A DNA stretch of 64,000 bases from Candidatus Latescibacterota bacterium (GTDB lineage Bacteria; Latescibacterota; UBA2968; UBA8231): NCBI GenBank assembly GCA_965217585.1, contig OZ244561.1, positions 5,952,001-6,016,000 of the forward strand, written 5' to 3'. Made by a program: the position numbers and the translations under genes. Within the stretch, counting starts at the first letter, position 1, and every line of letters begins with the position of its first letter. The notes under the pieces are model-generated. The model was not told the DNA's origin and searched no databases. It saw only the letters and a list, made by a program, of their open reading frames with translations. Of the stretch, positions 31,471 through 41,132 are shown piece by piece.

Positions 31471-32268
31471 CTACTTCCAGATGCAAAAGCCGCCGTCCAC
31501 CACCAAGTTGTGACCGGTTATATAGTCGGCGGCGGGCGAGGCCAAAAAGCGCACCGCTCCTTTCAGATCCATGCCGTCGCGGCCCATGCGGCCCAAGGCG
31601 GTGGCTTCGCTATACGCGTCGATAAAGGCCTGGGGCTGGCCGCGCTCAAAGCCACCAGGCGAAATGGCGTTGACCCGCACTCCCATAGGAGCCAAATAGG
31701 CGGCCGCGTCCATCGTCAGGCCGATGACGCCGGCTTTGGCTGCGGCGTAGTCAACCGGTTGCGGTTGCAAGCCGCTGCGCTGGTACATGCGGCGGTCGCG
31801 GCCCACCAGACCGGCGATGGAGGCGATATTGATAATGGAGCCCGAGCCTTGGTCGGCCATGATGCGGCCGAAGATTTGGCAGGAGAACAGGGGGCCGGTC
31901 AAATTGGTATCGATGAGCAGGCGGGCGTCTTCGGGTTTGCGCGCGAATAAGTCGGTGGTGCTCAGCTCCAAGCCGCCGCCGGCGTTGTTGACCACCACAT
32001 CGACGCGGCCTTGCCACTGGCGCACGTCTTGGGCGAATTGGCTGAGGGCGGCGTGGTCGCAGATGTCGAGGGCAGCGTGGTACACCTCACAGCCATAGGT
32101 CTTTTTGAGATGCTCGGCGGTGGCTTGGGCACTGGCTTCTTGGCGCGAAGTAATGGCCAGATGGCAACCGGCGTCGGCTAGGCTTTCGGCCATGTCGCGG
32201 CCCAAATCGCGGGCCCCGCCGATCACTACGGCAACTTGGCCGGTCAAGTCGAAAAGTTCTGTGCTCAT
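31471..32268 (-). CDS. short-chain dehydrogenase/reductase
   Basis: GGARDLG, NNAG, NIAS, YAAAK, VNAISPG, VDGG. Confidence 0.93.
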   Translation of the reverse strand: MSTELFDLTGQVAVVIGGARDLGRDMAESLADAGCHLAITSRQEASAQATAEHLKKTYGCEVYHAALDICDHAALSQFAQDVRQWQGRVDVVVNNAGGGLELSTTDLFARKPEDARLLIDTNLTGPLFSCQIFGRIMADQGSGSIINIASIAGLVGRDRRMYQRSGLQPQPVDYAAAKAGVIGLTMDAAAYLAPMGVRVNAISPGGFERGQPQAFIDAYSEATALGRMGRDGMDLKGAVRFLASPAADYITGHNLVVDGGFCIWK

Positions 32269-32315
32269 GGGGATGCTCCTAACGCGGGGCAATATAGGCG
32301 TCTAAAGGTGGGGGA

Positions 32316-33770
32316 TTAATTAGATGGAGGCTCCCGAAAGGTCATTGCCGACCGCTGCTCCCAGCGGCACTGGTCGGGTGCGTTGGTCTGTTGGGCCCAG
32401 TCGCGGATCAAGTCGATATCCGCCTGCCGCTCCTTTAGCCGCGCCGCGACCCGGGCTGGATCCCACCCGTCCAAGACCTGTTCGGTCAACTCGGTTACCA
32501 ACTCTTGGCAATCCGGGTCTGCGGCCCGGTCCACTCGCTCTTGGGGATCCTCTGCTAGGTTGAATAACTGGGGCCGCTCCCGCCAATGGTAGACCAGTTT
32601 CCACGGCCCGCGCCGCACCATGCGCTGCACTTGGCCCTCGCGCAGGGCGTATTCCGAAAAGGCTGTATCCGACCAATCGCCACGGCCCGTGCGCAGCAAC
32701 TCCAGCGCTGGTCGGCCCGGCGAATTGGGTAAGGGCGGGGCACCTAGGGCTTGGAGCATGGTGGCGTTGAGGTCCAAGGCGCTCATTACCCGGTCGCAGC
32801 GCATCCCAGCCGGCAAGACGCCGGGCCAAGAGACGATGGCTGGCACTTTGACCGACTCTTCGTAAAAAGTCCGCTTCATCCACAAGTCGTGCTCACCGAC
32901 CAAATCGCCGTGATCCGAGCTGTACACCACCAAGGTGTTGTCGGCCAAGTCGTTTTCCCGCAGAGCCGTTAAAATGCGGCCGATCATGCCGTCCATTGCG
33001 GCGACCAAGGCCCAATAGGCAGCCCGAGCGTTGAGAATCCATTCCTCGGGTACATCCTGCAAATCGCCGTGGGCCCGCCACCAGTGGATCGCCGGGTGGA
33101 GGTGATCGCCAAAAGGCTCGCGCACTGCGGGCGGTCGAATTTTCGCTCGGTAGTAATCGTACAGGGGTCGCCGCGCCAAATAGGGAGAATGCGGCAGCAT
33201 AAAGCCGACGCTGAGGCTGAAAGGGCCTGCGGCTTGACCGGCGCGTTTTTGCACTCCCAGCCGATTTAAGAAATACACGGCCGCCGCGGTCACGTCCTCG
33301 TCGTGTTCTTGATACGCGCTCTGGCCTGGCCCGGCTTTCTCCAGATTCCCACGGCCAATGGCCGGGGCGACCCCCAAGCCGGGCCAATTGGAGCAGTGAT
33401 CGCCCACGGGCCTTGCGGCATAGCCGTGCAATTGGTCGGGACCTATGGAGTGCATGCGGCCGATCAGCACCGGTCGGTATCCGGCCGCCCCCATGGCGTG
33501 GGCCATCGTCGGCACCCCCGAATTGAGGATCTGATTGTTGGTCCACACTTCGATGTCGCTGGGGTAGCGCCCCGCGAGCATAGCCATGCGCGAGGCCACG
33601 CATACCGGCGACGGGCAGTACACCTGAGAGCATTGCACGCCCTCGGCGGCGAGGCGGTCCAAATGCGGCGTCTCCACCACCGGATCGCCGGCGCAGCCCA
33701 TGACGTAGGGATTGTGCTGGTCGGAGTGGATGTAGAGTAGATTGGGGCGCGGGTTGGGTGGTTGCTGCAT
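32316..33770 (-). CDS. choline-sulfatase-like S1 sulfatase
   Basis: PNLLYIHSDQH, CVASR (CxAxR variant), GRMH, SDHG, LFNLAEDP. Confidence 0.92.
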   Translation of the reverse strand: MQQPPNPRPNLLYIHSDQHNPYVMGCAGDPVVETPHLDRLAAEGVQCSQVYCPSPVCVASRMAMLAGRYPSDIEVWTNNQILNSGVPTMAHAMGAAGYRPVLIGRMHSIGPDQLHGYAARPVGDHCSNWPGLGVAPAIGRGNLEKAGPGQSAYQEHDEDVTAAAVYFLNRLGVQKRAGQAAGPFSLSVGFMLPHSPYLARRPLYDYYRAKIRPPAVREPFGDHLHPAIHWWRAHGDLQDVPEEWILNARAAYWALVAAMDGMIGRILTALRENDLADNTLVVYSSDHGDLVGEHDLWMKRTFYEESVKVPAIVSWPGVLPAGMRCDRVMSALDLNATMLQALGAPPLPNSPGRPALELLRTGRGDWSDTAFSEYALREGQVQRMVRRGPWKLVYHWRERPQLFNLAEDPQERVDRAADPDCQELVTELTEQVLDGWDPARVAARLKERQADIDLIRDWAQQTNAPDQCRWEQRSAMTFREPPSN

Positions 33771-33786
33771 CGAGAAGCGTCCTCCT

Positions 33787-34911
33787 TTATAGAGACAAAC
33801 GAGCCCAGCGCACTTCCATGCAGGCGTCGTCGCCAGCGTAATAGACGACCATGACGTCGCCATCGGGCAGGGCTGCTGAAAAGGGCAGACCAAAACTCCA
33901 CAGGCCCATTTCGGCCAGCAGGTCGCCGGTGTCCCCTTGGCCGGCAGCGGTTTGCGAGGATTCGGCTGTCTGGCGGTATAGTTCTACTTCGGTGTCCGCG
34001 GCAAAAGGGGCGTCTGCCGCCGGGGCTAGACGGGCGCGGATCGAGTGCGATTGAAAGCGATTGACCCAAGCCAAGACCACACGGCCGTCGGGCAAAATGG
34101 CCGGATGCGCGGCTTGGTCGGGAAAACCGAGATCCTCGGGGGCAGACCAAGTGGCCCCTTCGTCTGCGCTGAGGTGGCGCTGGATATTGAGGTACTGGGT
34201 CGTCTGCCGGTCGTAGGTCCAAGTGAAGGTGACCACGCGGCCGTCGGGGCAGACGCCGGCGCGTTGGTCCCAGTTGAAGATGCGGCCGGTGGGGTCTTGG
34301 CAGGTGGTGACGGGAGCGCCCCAGGTCTGGCCCTGATCTTCTGAATACAAATACACCACCCGTTGCAGCCACTGGCCCCGGTCCAAATAGGTTTTATTGG
34401 TCTCGATGCTCAAGGCCAGCCGGCCGCTGGGCAGGACGAGTACGGGGTTAGTCAGGCTGGGTGGGCCGACATCCGGGGGGACGGATACGATGCGCCAGTC
34501 GGACCAGGTGCGCCCTAGGTCGTGGGAATCGGCTAAGACGATCTCCATGGGCAGGCAGCCCTCGGTCTCTTCGTTAAAGAGGGGCTGGCCCGGATAGGTC
34601 TGGCGGTCCACCCACAGGGCGGCTAGCAACAAGTGGCCGTTGCCCAAGTCGGTGATATAGCCCACCCGGAGCGAGCCGTTCAGCCCGTTCAAAGCAGTGG
34701 CAAAAGGGGTTGCGGGTGTGCTCCAAGATTGCCCGCCATCGTCCGAGCGCTTCAGTTCGATTGTGCCATCCGCCGAATCCTTGGTGCTGCCGACGCGGTA
34801 GGTGGCCAGTAGCGAGCCGTCGGCTAAGGGGGTAAGCGCGGGAAAGGTCGAAAAGGCGCGCGGCGTATTGGGCTCGCCGCGGTTGATGATGCCGCGATTG
34901 GTGATTTTCAT
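33787..34911 (-). CDS. sialidase-fold (BNR/Asp-box) protein
   Basis: Asp boxes SDDGGQSW, SHDLGRTW, SEDQGQTW, SADEGATW. Confidence 0.88.
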   Translation of the reverse strand: MKITNRGIINRGEPNTPRAFSTFPALTPLADGSLLATYRVGSTKDSADGTIELKRSDDGGQSWSTPATPFATALNGLNGSLRVGYITDLGNGHLLLAALWVDRQTYPGQPLFNEETEGCLPMEIVLADSHDLGRTWSDWRIVSVPPDVGPPSLTNPVLVLPSGRLALSIETNKTYLDRGQWLQRVVYLYSEDQGQTWGAPVTTCQDPTGRIFNWDQRAGVCPDGRVVTFTWTYDRQTTQYLNIQRHLSADEGATWSAPEDLGFPDQAAHPAILPDGRVVLAWVNRFQSHSIRARLAPAADAPFAADTEVELYRQTAESSQTAAGQGDTGDLLAEMGLWSFGLPFSAALPDGDVMVVYYAGDDACMEVRWARLSL

Positions 34912-34979
34912 TTTGATGCTCCAAGTTAGTCGCTTCTCATTGTGCGGTGCGTGTGTCTTATTATTCAAAGAGGCCGGGG

Positions 34980-34985
34980 TATAAT
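34980..34985 (+). promoter_or_regulatory. candidate sigma70 -10 box upstream of the GNAT gene
   Basis: Perfect TATAAT in the divergent intergenic region. The -35 is weak. AGGAG RBS precedes 35033. Confidence 0.35.
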
Positions 34986-35032
34986 AGCGATACTCGGGAT
35001 GGCTGGACAATGCCATAAAGAGGAGAACCTCG

Positions 35033-36217
35033 ATGCAGCAACCCCATTACAATAAAGACCTAGACGTCCGCCAGATAGGGCCGGAGGATTTATCCCATGC
35101 CCGCATGGTGGCCGGACGCGCCTTTATGGAACACGCCGAAGATTGGTACGGGGAGGATGAGACGGCGCTGGCTGGCTTTGATGGGGAGGGGACTTTGGTG
35201 TGCGCCTTGGGCTATCTGCTCGAATCGCTGTGGTGGGGCACGGCGCAGATCCCGGCCGGAGCCATCGGCGGGGTGGCTACCGATCCCAAGCATAAGCGGC
35301 GCGGTCATGCCGGTGGGCTTATGGTGCGGGCCATTCATATACTGCGGGAACGCGGTTGCTGTATCAGTCCGCTGTGGCCTTTTTCCTTTAGGTGGTACGG
35401 CAAGTTCGGTTGGGCTTGTCCAGCGCCGAGATTGGAACTGAAAGTATGGCCGGATTTGGTCCGCCAAGCCACGGCGACGGTGGGGGAGGTGCGGCGGGCG
35501 ACCGCGGAGGACGCAACCGCCGTGCATCGGTTGCACACCGAGGGGGCGCAGTTGCGGAATGGGCAGTCGGCGCGCTCGGAAGCGTTTTGGCAAAAGGAGG
35601 AGATACGGCGCGAGCTTTGGGTGCTGGAGGAGGACGGTGGGGGAGTGGACTGCTCCGCCTTGATCGAGATAGGGGATATGGGGCGCGCCCAAGGCAAACG
35701 CATTACCGTGCGGGAACTGCACGGGGCCTCTTTTGCTGCTCAATTGAAATTCGTACGGTCCTTGGCCGATATGGACGGGGTAGCCGCCCTAAAGTTAGAG
35801 CTACCGCCCGACAGTTTGTTGCTCCACGCTTTTCCAGAGCGCTTTGATGTTGTCGTGGAGTACGACCTAGCGCTGCGAGTGCTGGACGTGGGCCAAGCTC
35901 TGACGCATCTCAAGCCGCCCGAAAATCTGCGGGCGACGGTTGCGTTTGAAGTGGCCGATTGGGTGGTGAGTGCCGATAAGCCGCTGGCAGTGACAGTCCA
36001 AGCTGAAGGGGGTCAAGTGGAGGTCGAGGCCAAGGCAGACAAAGACGCGCTGCGCTGCGATATTAACACTTTTACCCAATTGTTTGCCGGCGGCTTGACC
36101 GTGGCCCAAGCCCGGGCCATGGGACGTTTGACCGGTGGCAATCCGATGGTGGGGGCGGCCTGCGATGCGTTGTTACACGGGCGCGTACCGTACCGCTCCG
36201 ATGTCGAGGCGGGGTAG
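35033..36217 (+). CDS. Eis-like GNAT acetyltransferase with SCP2 C-terminal domain
   Basis: GGVATDPKHKRRGHA, LWPFS..WYGKFGW, LRVLDV..AL, FTQLFAG. Confidence 0.9.
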   Translation: MQQPHYNKDLDVRQIGPEDLSHARMVAGRAFMEHAEDWYGEDETALAGFDGEGTLVCALGYLLESLWWGTAQIPAGAIGGVATDPKHKRRGHAGGLMVRAIHILRERGCCISPLWPFSFRWYGKFGWACPAPRLELKVWPDLVRQATATVGEVRRATAEDATAVHRLHTEGAQLRNGQSARSEAFWQKEEIRRELWVLEEDGGGVDCSALIEIGDMGRAQGKRITVRELHGASFAAQLKFVRSLADMDGVAALKLELPPDSLLLHAFPERFDVVVEYDLALRVLDVGQALTHLKPPENLRATVAFEVADWVVSADKPLAVTVQAEGGQVEVEAKADKDALRCDINTFTQLFAGGLTVAQARAMGRLTGGNPMVGAACDALLHGRVPYRSDVEAG

Positions 36218-36250
36218 GGCTAGACACATAAGTCACGCGAGGAGAGAATT

Positions 36251-37009
36251 ATGGTTTTAGCGACAGAAATGCACCTACGGCAATACCGCGAAGAAGGCTA
36301 TTGCCTAGTCGAAGAATTGATTCCAGCCGATTTAATCGAGGCCGCACGCCAGCGCACCATGGAAATAGCCGGGGCCTTAGCTGACTGGCCGTCAAGGCAT
36401 TTCCAGGTACTCGATCCAGATCGTTATAAAGCCGCTGGGGGTAGTCCGCTGCCGGGCGGTATTCAGCAGCCGGCCAGCCAGGAGGATGTGTTCGCGCGGA
36501 TCACCGACCATCCGCGCTTGGCCGAAGTCATGGCGGCTCTGCTGGGAGGGCCAGTGGAACGCTTTACCGATCAGATAGGGGTCAAGCACGCTGCAGTCGT
36601 CGAAGAGCAAGGGGGCCGCAGCTATTTCCATCAGGATTCGTTCTACTGGAAAATAGCGCCAGAGTTGGGTTGCAACTGCTGGATCCCTTTGACGGAAGTC
36701 GGGGTAGAAGCCAGCGCCTTAGCCGTGATGCCGGCTAGCCATCAAGGTTGGCGGCTCATCGAGCACGAATCGTACTACGACGATCCGCCTATGGGTCACG
36801 TGGGCGACGACGGCTTCCAGCCCTTCAAACGCCATCGGGTGCCCCTAGAGCAGGTGGACTTTGCCCAAGAGAAGCTAATCGCCACTAGGCCGGGCGATGG
36901 GCTGTTCTTCAGCAATTACACTTGGCACCGCAGCGAGCCGAATCGCAGTGGCCGGTCGCAGGCTTTTTACGCCATTGCGTACCAGCGCCGCGCATCTAGG
37001 GCCACCTAG
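36251..37009 (+). CDS. PhyH-family dioxygenase, HxD
   Basis: FHQD, VMPASH, WHRSEPN. Confidence 0.9.
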   Translation: MVLATEMHLRQYREEGYCLVEELIPADLIEAARQRTMEIAGALADWPSRHFQVLDPDRYKAAGGSPLPGGIQQPASQEDVFARITDHPRLAEVMAALLGGPVERFTDQIGVKHAAVVEEQGGRSYFHQDSFYWKIAPELGCNCWIPLTEVGVEASALAVMPASHQGWRLIEHESYYDDPPMGHVGDDGFQPFKRHRVPLEQVDFAQEKLIATRPGDGLFFSNYTWHRSEPNRSGRSQAFYAIAYQRRASRAT

Positions 37010-37075
37010 TCGGCGTATCCTAGAGAACGACTTGCAGGAATGTCCCAATCTCGCCGTTAATCCGGCTTGTACATA

Positions 37076-39037
37076 ATGACAGGCCCCTCCTCCCAATCGC
37101 CTTCCGATCTGGCGTCTCCCCCTCTGATCACCTTACGCGCCTTAGTCCTAGGCGCTCTGACGATTGCCGCCATGTTCTACTACATCGTTCAAGTAGGGCA
37201 GGGTCGGGGCTGGGGCAGCTTTATCTACTCCCAGTACTCTATGGCGGCCTTCATGCCCTTTGTCCTGTGGCTCTTTCTCAACTGCCTCCTCAAGCGCCTG
37301 TGGCCCCGTCTAGCCCTGCGCCGCGGCGAAATTCTCACCATCTTTGCCATGACTTGGGTGGTGAGCAGCATGCCCCAGAAGGGATGGATGAACTACTGGC
37401 CTACCTCGCTAGCCACGCCCGGTTATTTCCTCACGCCCGATGGACCTTGGTACGAGACCATTCAGGCTCTCTTGCCCTGGCACGTTTTCCCCGATTCTTC
37501 ACCCCGGGTGATCGACACCTTTTGGCATGGTCTGCCCCAGGGCATGTCCATCCCTTGGGATGGCTGGGTGATCCCCTTCATTCAGTGGCTCAGTGTGTCT
37601 TTGGGCATGGTGCTCTTCGGTTTCTGCCTGATCGCTCTCTTTCAGCACCAGTGGGCCGAAGTAGAAAAACTCCCCTTTCCCTTGGCGCAGATGCCCATGG
37701 ACCTGACCGAGGGCATGGACGGCTCGCGCCGCATGCCCGACCTCTTTTGCTCACCTCTTTTCTGGCTCGGCTTTGGGACGGTCTTTTTGCCGATGCTCTA
37801 TAATATCGCCACCTACTTTGCCCCCGGTTTGCAGGCCGTGGAAATCTTCGTGCGATACAACCTTGCCATCGGCGAACACCTGCCTCAGGGCATCTGGTTC
37901 CGGATAGTGCCGCTGGGCTTGGCGGTGATCTATCTGTGCCCACTGGACATCCTAGGCAGCCTGCTGGTCTTCTACTGGCTGACCATCCCCAAGGAGTGGG
38001 TCATGCGGCGGACGGGTTTTACTATTGGGAGCGAAGGCCAGCAAATCGACGCTTGGGAGATCCTCTACATGGAGAGTTACGGCGCCTTAGTCTTCGTGGG
38101 CCTGTGGTCCATCTGGCTGGCGCGCCGCCACTTGTGGAGTGTGTGGCACATGGTGTACAGCGGCCAGGGAGATCCCCGCCAAGTCGCCCACTTTCGCCTA
38201 GTCCTGGCCGGCCTAGTGCTGTCGGCTGCCTATGTCGTCGGCTGGCTCATGACCATAGGTATGAGCTTACCTCTGGCCGTCGGCATGTTCCTGCTCATTG
38301 CGATTGTCTATCTAGTCACTGTCAAGCTCATCGCCGCCACCGGCTTTGCCTACCTCTTCCCCAACTGGGCGCATCTGAAGGGCGGCTCCTTTATCGTCGA
38401 CTTGGTCGGCACGGCCAACCTCTCGCCGCGCAGCTTGGTTGCGTACCGGTTATTCGACAGCAATCTTTTTTTTGGCACTTTTCGCCTGTTGGCTTGGCCG
38501 GCGATCACCCACATTTTGCGGATTTTCTCCTTGCGCAACCAGCCGCGCTATGTCATCGCGCTGGTCTTTGTCGCCTTTCCCGTGGGTTTCCTCGCCGCCG
38601 GCGGTGCCACCATCAAACTGGCCTATCAGAGCGGCGGGTTTAATGTGCTGGGAGGCGGTTCGGGCATCGTCGATGGCATCGGTCGCCTGCTGAGCAATCC
38701 CACCGTGCCGAACGCCGGCAAGTGGGCCGTCTGGTTGCTCGGCTTTTTCGAGGCGGCCGGCGTTGCTTTCCTGCGCGCCCGTTTCCACTGGTTCTCGCTC
38801 CATCCCATCGGTCCGGTTTTTCAGTATACCTATGGCGTGTGGCTCTACTGGTCCGGTCTTTTCATCGTCTGGCTGGTCAAATTCACCCTGCTGCGCTACG
38901 GCGGGATAAGGGCCTATCTGGCCGGCAAGCCTTTCTTCTACGGTCTGGCCATCGGCTATGTGATCGGGGTGATGCTCTCGAGTGTAGTGGATCTGATCTG
39001 GTTCCCGATGGAGGGCCACCGGGTACACGCTTGGTGA
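37076..39037 (+). CDS. DUF6785/DUF6784-like polytopic membrane protein (putative transporter), paralog 1
   Basis: ITLRAL, EKLPFPLAQMP, WFSLHPIG, LRYGG, KPFFYGL. Many TM segments. Confidence 0.85.
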   Translation: MTGPSSQSPSDLASPPLITLRALVLGALTIAAMFYYIVQVGQGRGWGSFIYSQYSMAAFMPFVLWLFLNCLLKRLWPRLALRRGEILTIFAMTWVVSSMPQKGWMNYWPTSLATPGYFLTPDGPWYETIQALLPWHVFPDSSPRVIDTFWHGLPQGMSIPWDGWVIPFIQWLSVSLGMVLFGFCLIALFQHQWAEVEKLPFPLAQMPMDLTEGMDGSRRMPDLFCSPLFWLGFGTVFLPMLYNIATYFAPGLQAVEIFVRYNLAIGEHLPQGIWFRIVPLGLAVIYLCPLDILGSLLVFYWLTIPKEWVMRRTGFTIGSEGQQIDAWEILYMESYGALVFVGLWSIWLARRHLWSVWHMVYSGQGDPRQVAHFRLVLAGLVLSAAYVVGWLMTIGMSLPLAVGMFLLIAIVYLVTVKLIAATGFAYLFPNWAHLKGGSFIVDLVGTANLSPRSLVAYRLFDSNLFFGTFRLLAWPAITHILRIFSLRNQPRYVIALVFVAFPVGFLAAGGATIKLAYQSGGFNVLGGGSGIVDGIGRLLSNPTVPNAGKWAVWLLGFFEAAGVAFLRARFHWFSLHPIGPVFQYTYGVWLYWSGLFIVWLVKFTLLRYGGIRAYLAGKPFFYGLAIGYVIGVMLSSVVDLIWFPMEGHRVHAW

Positions 39038-39119
39038 CGCCGGCCTGTCGAGCAACAACATCGTACTCTACTGGGTACTGAACAACGAGAAAAACCTGTT
39101 CACGGAAGCAGGTCAGTGC

Positions 39120-41102
39120 ATGCCCGAGCGTTCCTCTTCTGTCCACAGCCCAGCCACAACCTCCCGTCCCCCCGAAGAAACGGCCCCGCTCATCACCCTG
39201 CGCGCCCTGATCCTCGGCACGCTGACTATCGCCGCCATGTTCTACTACATCATCCAGGTGGCCGAGCGGTTGGGCTTGGGGAGCTACGTGCACTCGCAGT
39301 ACCCCATGGCCGCGTTCATACCCTTTGTCCTGTGGCTCTTTGTCAACGTGGCGCTCAAGAACCTGTGGCCGAACCTCGCCCTGCGGCGGGGAGAGTTGCT
39401 CACCATATTCACCATGACTTGGGTTGTAGGAACTATACCCCAGTTGGGATGGATGGATTACTGGCTCGCCATCCTGGCCCTACCTAGCTATAACGCCACC
39501 CCCGAAAACCAGTACGCCGAACTCCTTTTCGACTACCTGCCTTGGCACGTCTTTCCCGACACCTCGCCCCGCGTGCTCAATCCGTTCTGGCTGGGTCTGC
39601 CCGAGGGCATGGACATACCCTGGAAAGGCTGGGTGAGACCTCTGCTTCAGTGGCTCGGTGTATCCCTGGCTCTGGTCGTCTTCGGCTTTTGCCTCATCGC
39701 CCTCTTCCAGCGCCACTGGGTCGAGGCCGAGAAACTCACCTTTCCCCTGGCGCAGATGCCTCTGGACTTGACCCGCGGCTTTGATGGCCCCCGGCGCCTA
39801 CCCGACCTCTTCTGCACGCCCCTCTTCTGGATGGGCTTTGCTGCTGTTTTTGCACCTATGCTCTACAACATCGGTACCTACTTTAATCCCAGCCTGCCCG
39901 CTATCGAACTCTATTTGAAGTATCACTATGTTGAATTTGGCCCCGGTGCCGGTCTGCTGTTCCGGGTTGTACCGCTAGTGCTGGCTCTGACCTATCTGTG
40001 TCCCGTCGATATCTTAGGCAGCTTGTGGGTATTCCACCTGCTGGCCGTCCTCAAGGTAGGATTGATGGAGCGCGTTGGCTTTAGCGTGGGAGGGGCGGGC
40101 CAGGCTGTGTCCGGGGGGTTCATTATCTACATGGAGAGCTACGGAGCCACCATTTTCCTGGCCCTGTGGTCCTTCTGGCTGGGTCGCCAGCACCTGCGCC
40201 GGGTGTGGCATCAGGTGCGCACCGGCGCTGGAGATTCCCGCGAGGTAGCCCACTACCGCTTGGTGCTAGCCGGCCTAGTGCTCTCGGCTACTTACGTGGT
40301 GTACTGGCTCGTAGGCTTAGGCATGAGTTTGACCTTGGCGCTGGGTTCATTTGTGCTCATGACCTTGGTCTACTTCGTCATTGCCAAACTTGTCGCCGCC
40401 ACGGGCTTCACCTACCTTTTGCCGCGCGGTGTGGACATGAAGGGCCAAACCTTCATCACTGTGCTGATCGGTTCGGCCTACCTGCCGGTGCGCGACATGG
40501 TAGCCTATAAGCTCTTCACTAGTAAGGCATTCTTTGGCTACCAGCAGGTCCCGGCTTGGCCGGCGCTCACTCATCTCCTGCGCATCTTCTCCCTGCGCCA
40601 GCAGCCGCGCTGGGTGAGTGCAGTGGTATTCGTCGCTTTTCCAGTGGGCTTCTTGGTGGCCGCCTGGGCCGCCATTGATCTGGCCTACGATGAAGGCGGC
40701 GCTGTTTTCCTGTCGCACAAGGGGGACCGCGCTTACAACGACATGGTCCACAACATGCACAATCCCCGGTTGCCGGACCTGGGCTACTGGGGCATCTGGT
40801 TTGCGGGTTTCTTCGAAGCCGCGGCCATCGCCTTCATGCGCGGTCGTTTCCACTGGTTTCCACTGCATCCCATCGGGCCGGCCTTCCAGAACACCCACGG
40901 CATCCAGTTCTACTGGTTCAGTCTCTTCCTAGTGTGGCTCGTCAAGGTGACCTTGCTGCACTATGGAGGTGCCAAGGCCTTTCGCGCTGGCAAGCCCTTC
41001 TTCTACGGCTTGGGGATCGGCTACGTTATCGGCGTGACCCTTTCTGGCGCGGTAGACCTCATCTGGTTCCCGGTGGATAGCCATCCGGTCCACGGCTGGT
41101 GA
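39120..41102 (+). CDS. DUF6785-like membrane protein, paralog 2
   Basis: Same motifs (EKLTFPLAQMP, WFPLHPIG, KPFFYGL). Confidence 0.85.
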   Translation: MPERSSSVHSPATTSRPPEETAPLITLRALILGTLTIAAMFYYIIQVAERLGLGSYVHSQYPMAAFIPFVLWLFVNVALKNLWPNLALRRGELLTIFTMTWVVGTIPQLGWMDYWLAILALPSYNATPENQYAELLFDYLPWHVFPDTSPRVLNPFWLGLPEGMDIPWKGWVRPLLQWLGVSLALVVFGFCLIALFQRHWVEAEKLTFPLAQMPLDLTRGFDGPRRLPDLFCTPLFWMGFAAVFAPMLYNIGTYFNPSLPAIELYLKYHYVEFGPGAGLLFRVVPLVLALTYLCPVDILGSLWVFHLLAVLKVGLMERVGFSVGGAGQAVSGGFIIYMESYGATIFLALWSFWLGRQHLRRVWHQVRTGAGDSREVAHYRLVLAGLVLSATYVVYWLVGLGMSLTLALGSFVLMTLVYFVIAKLVAATGFTYLLPRGVDMKGQTFITVLIGSAYLPVRDMVAYKLFTSKAFFGYQQVPAWPALTHLLRIFSLRQQPRWVSAVVFVAFPVGFLVAAWAAIDLAYDEGGAVFLSHKGDRAYNDMVHNMHNPRLPDLGYWGIWFAGFFEAAAIAFMRGRFHWFPLHPIGPAFQNTHGIQFYWFSLFLVWLVKVTLLHYGGAKAFRAGKPFFYGLGIGYVIGVTLSGAVDLIWFPVDSHPVHGW

Positions 41103-41132
41103 GACTCGCAATTTATTGGATTAGCACCAGTT

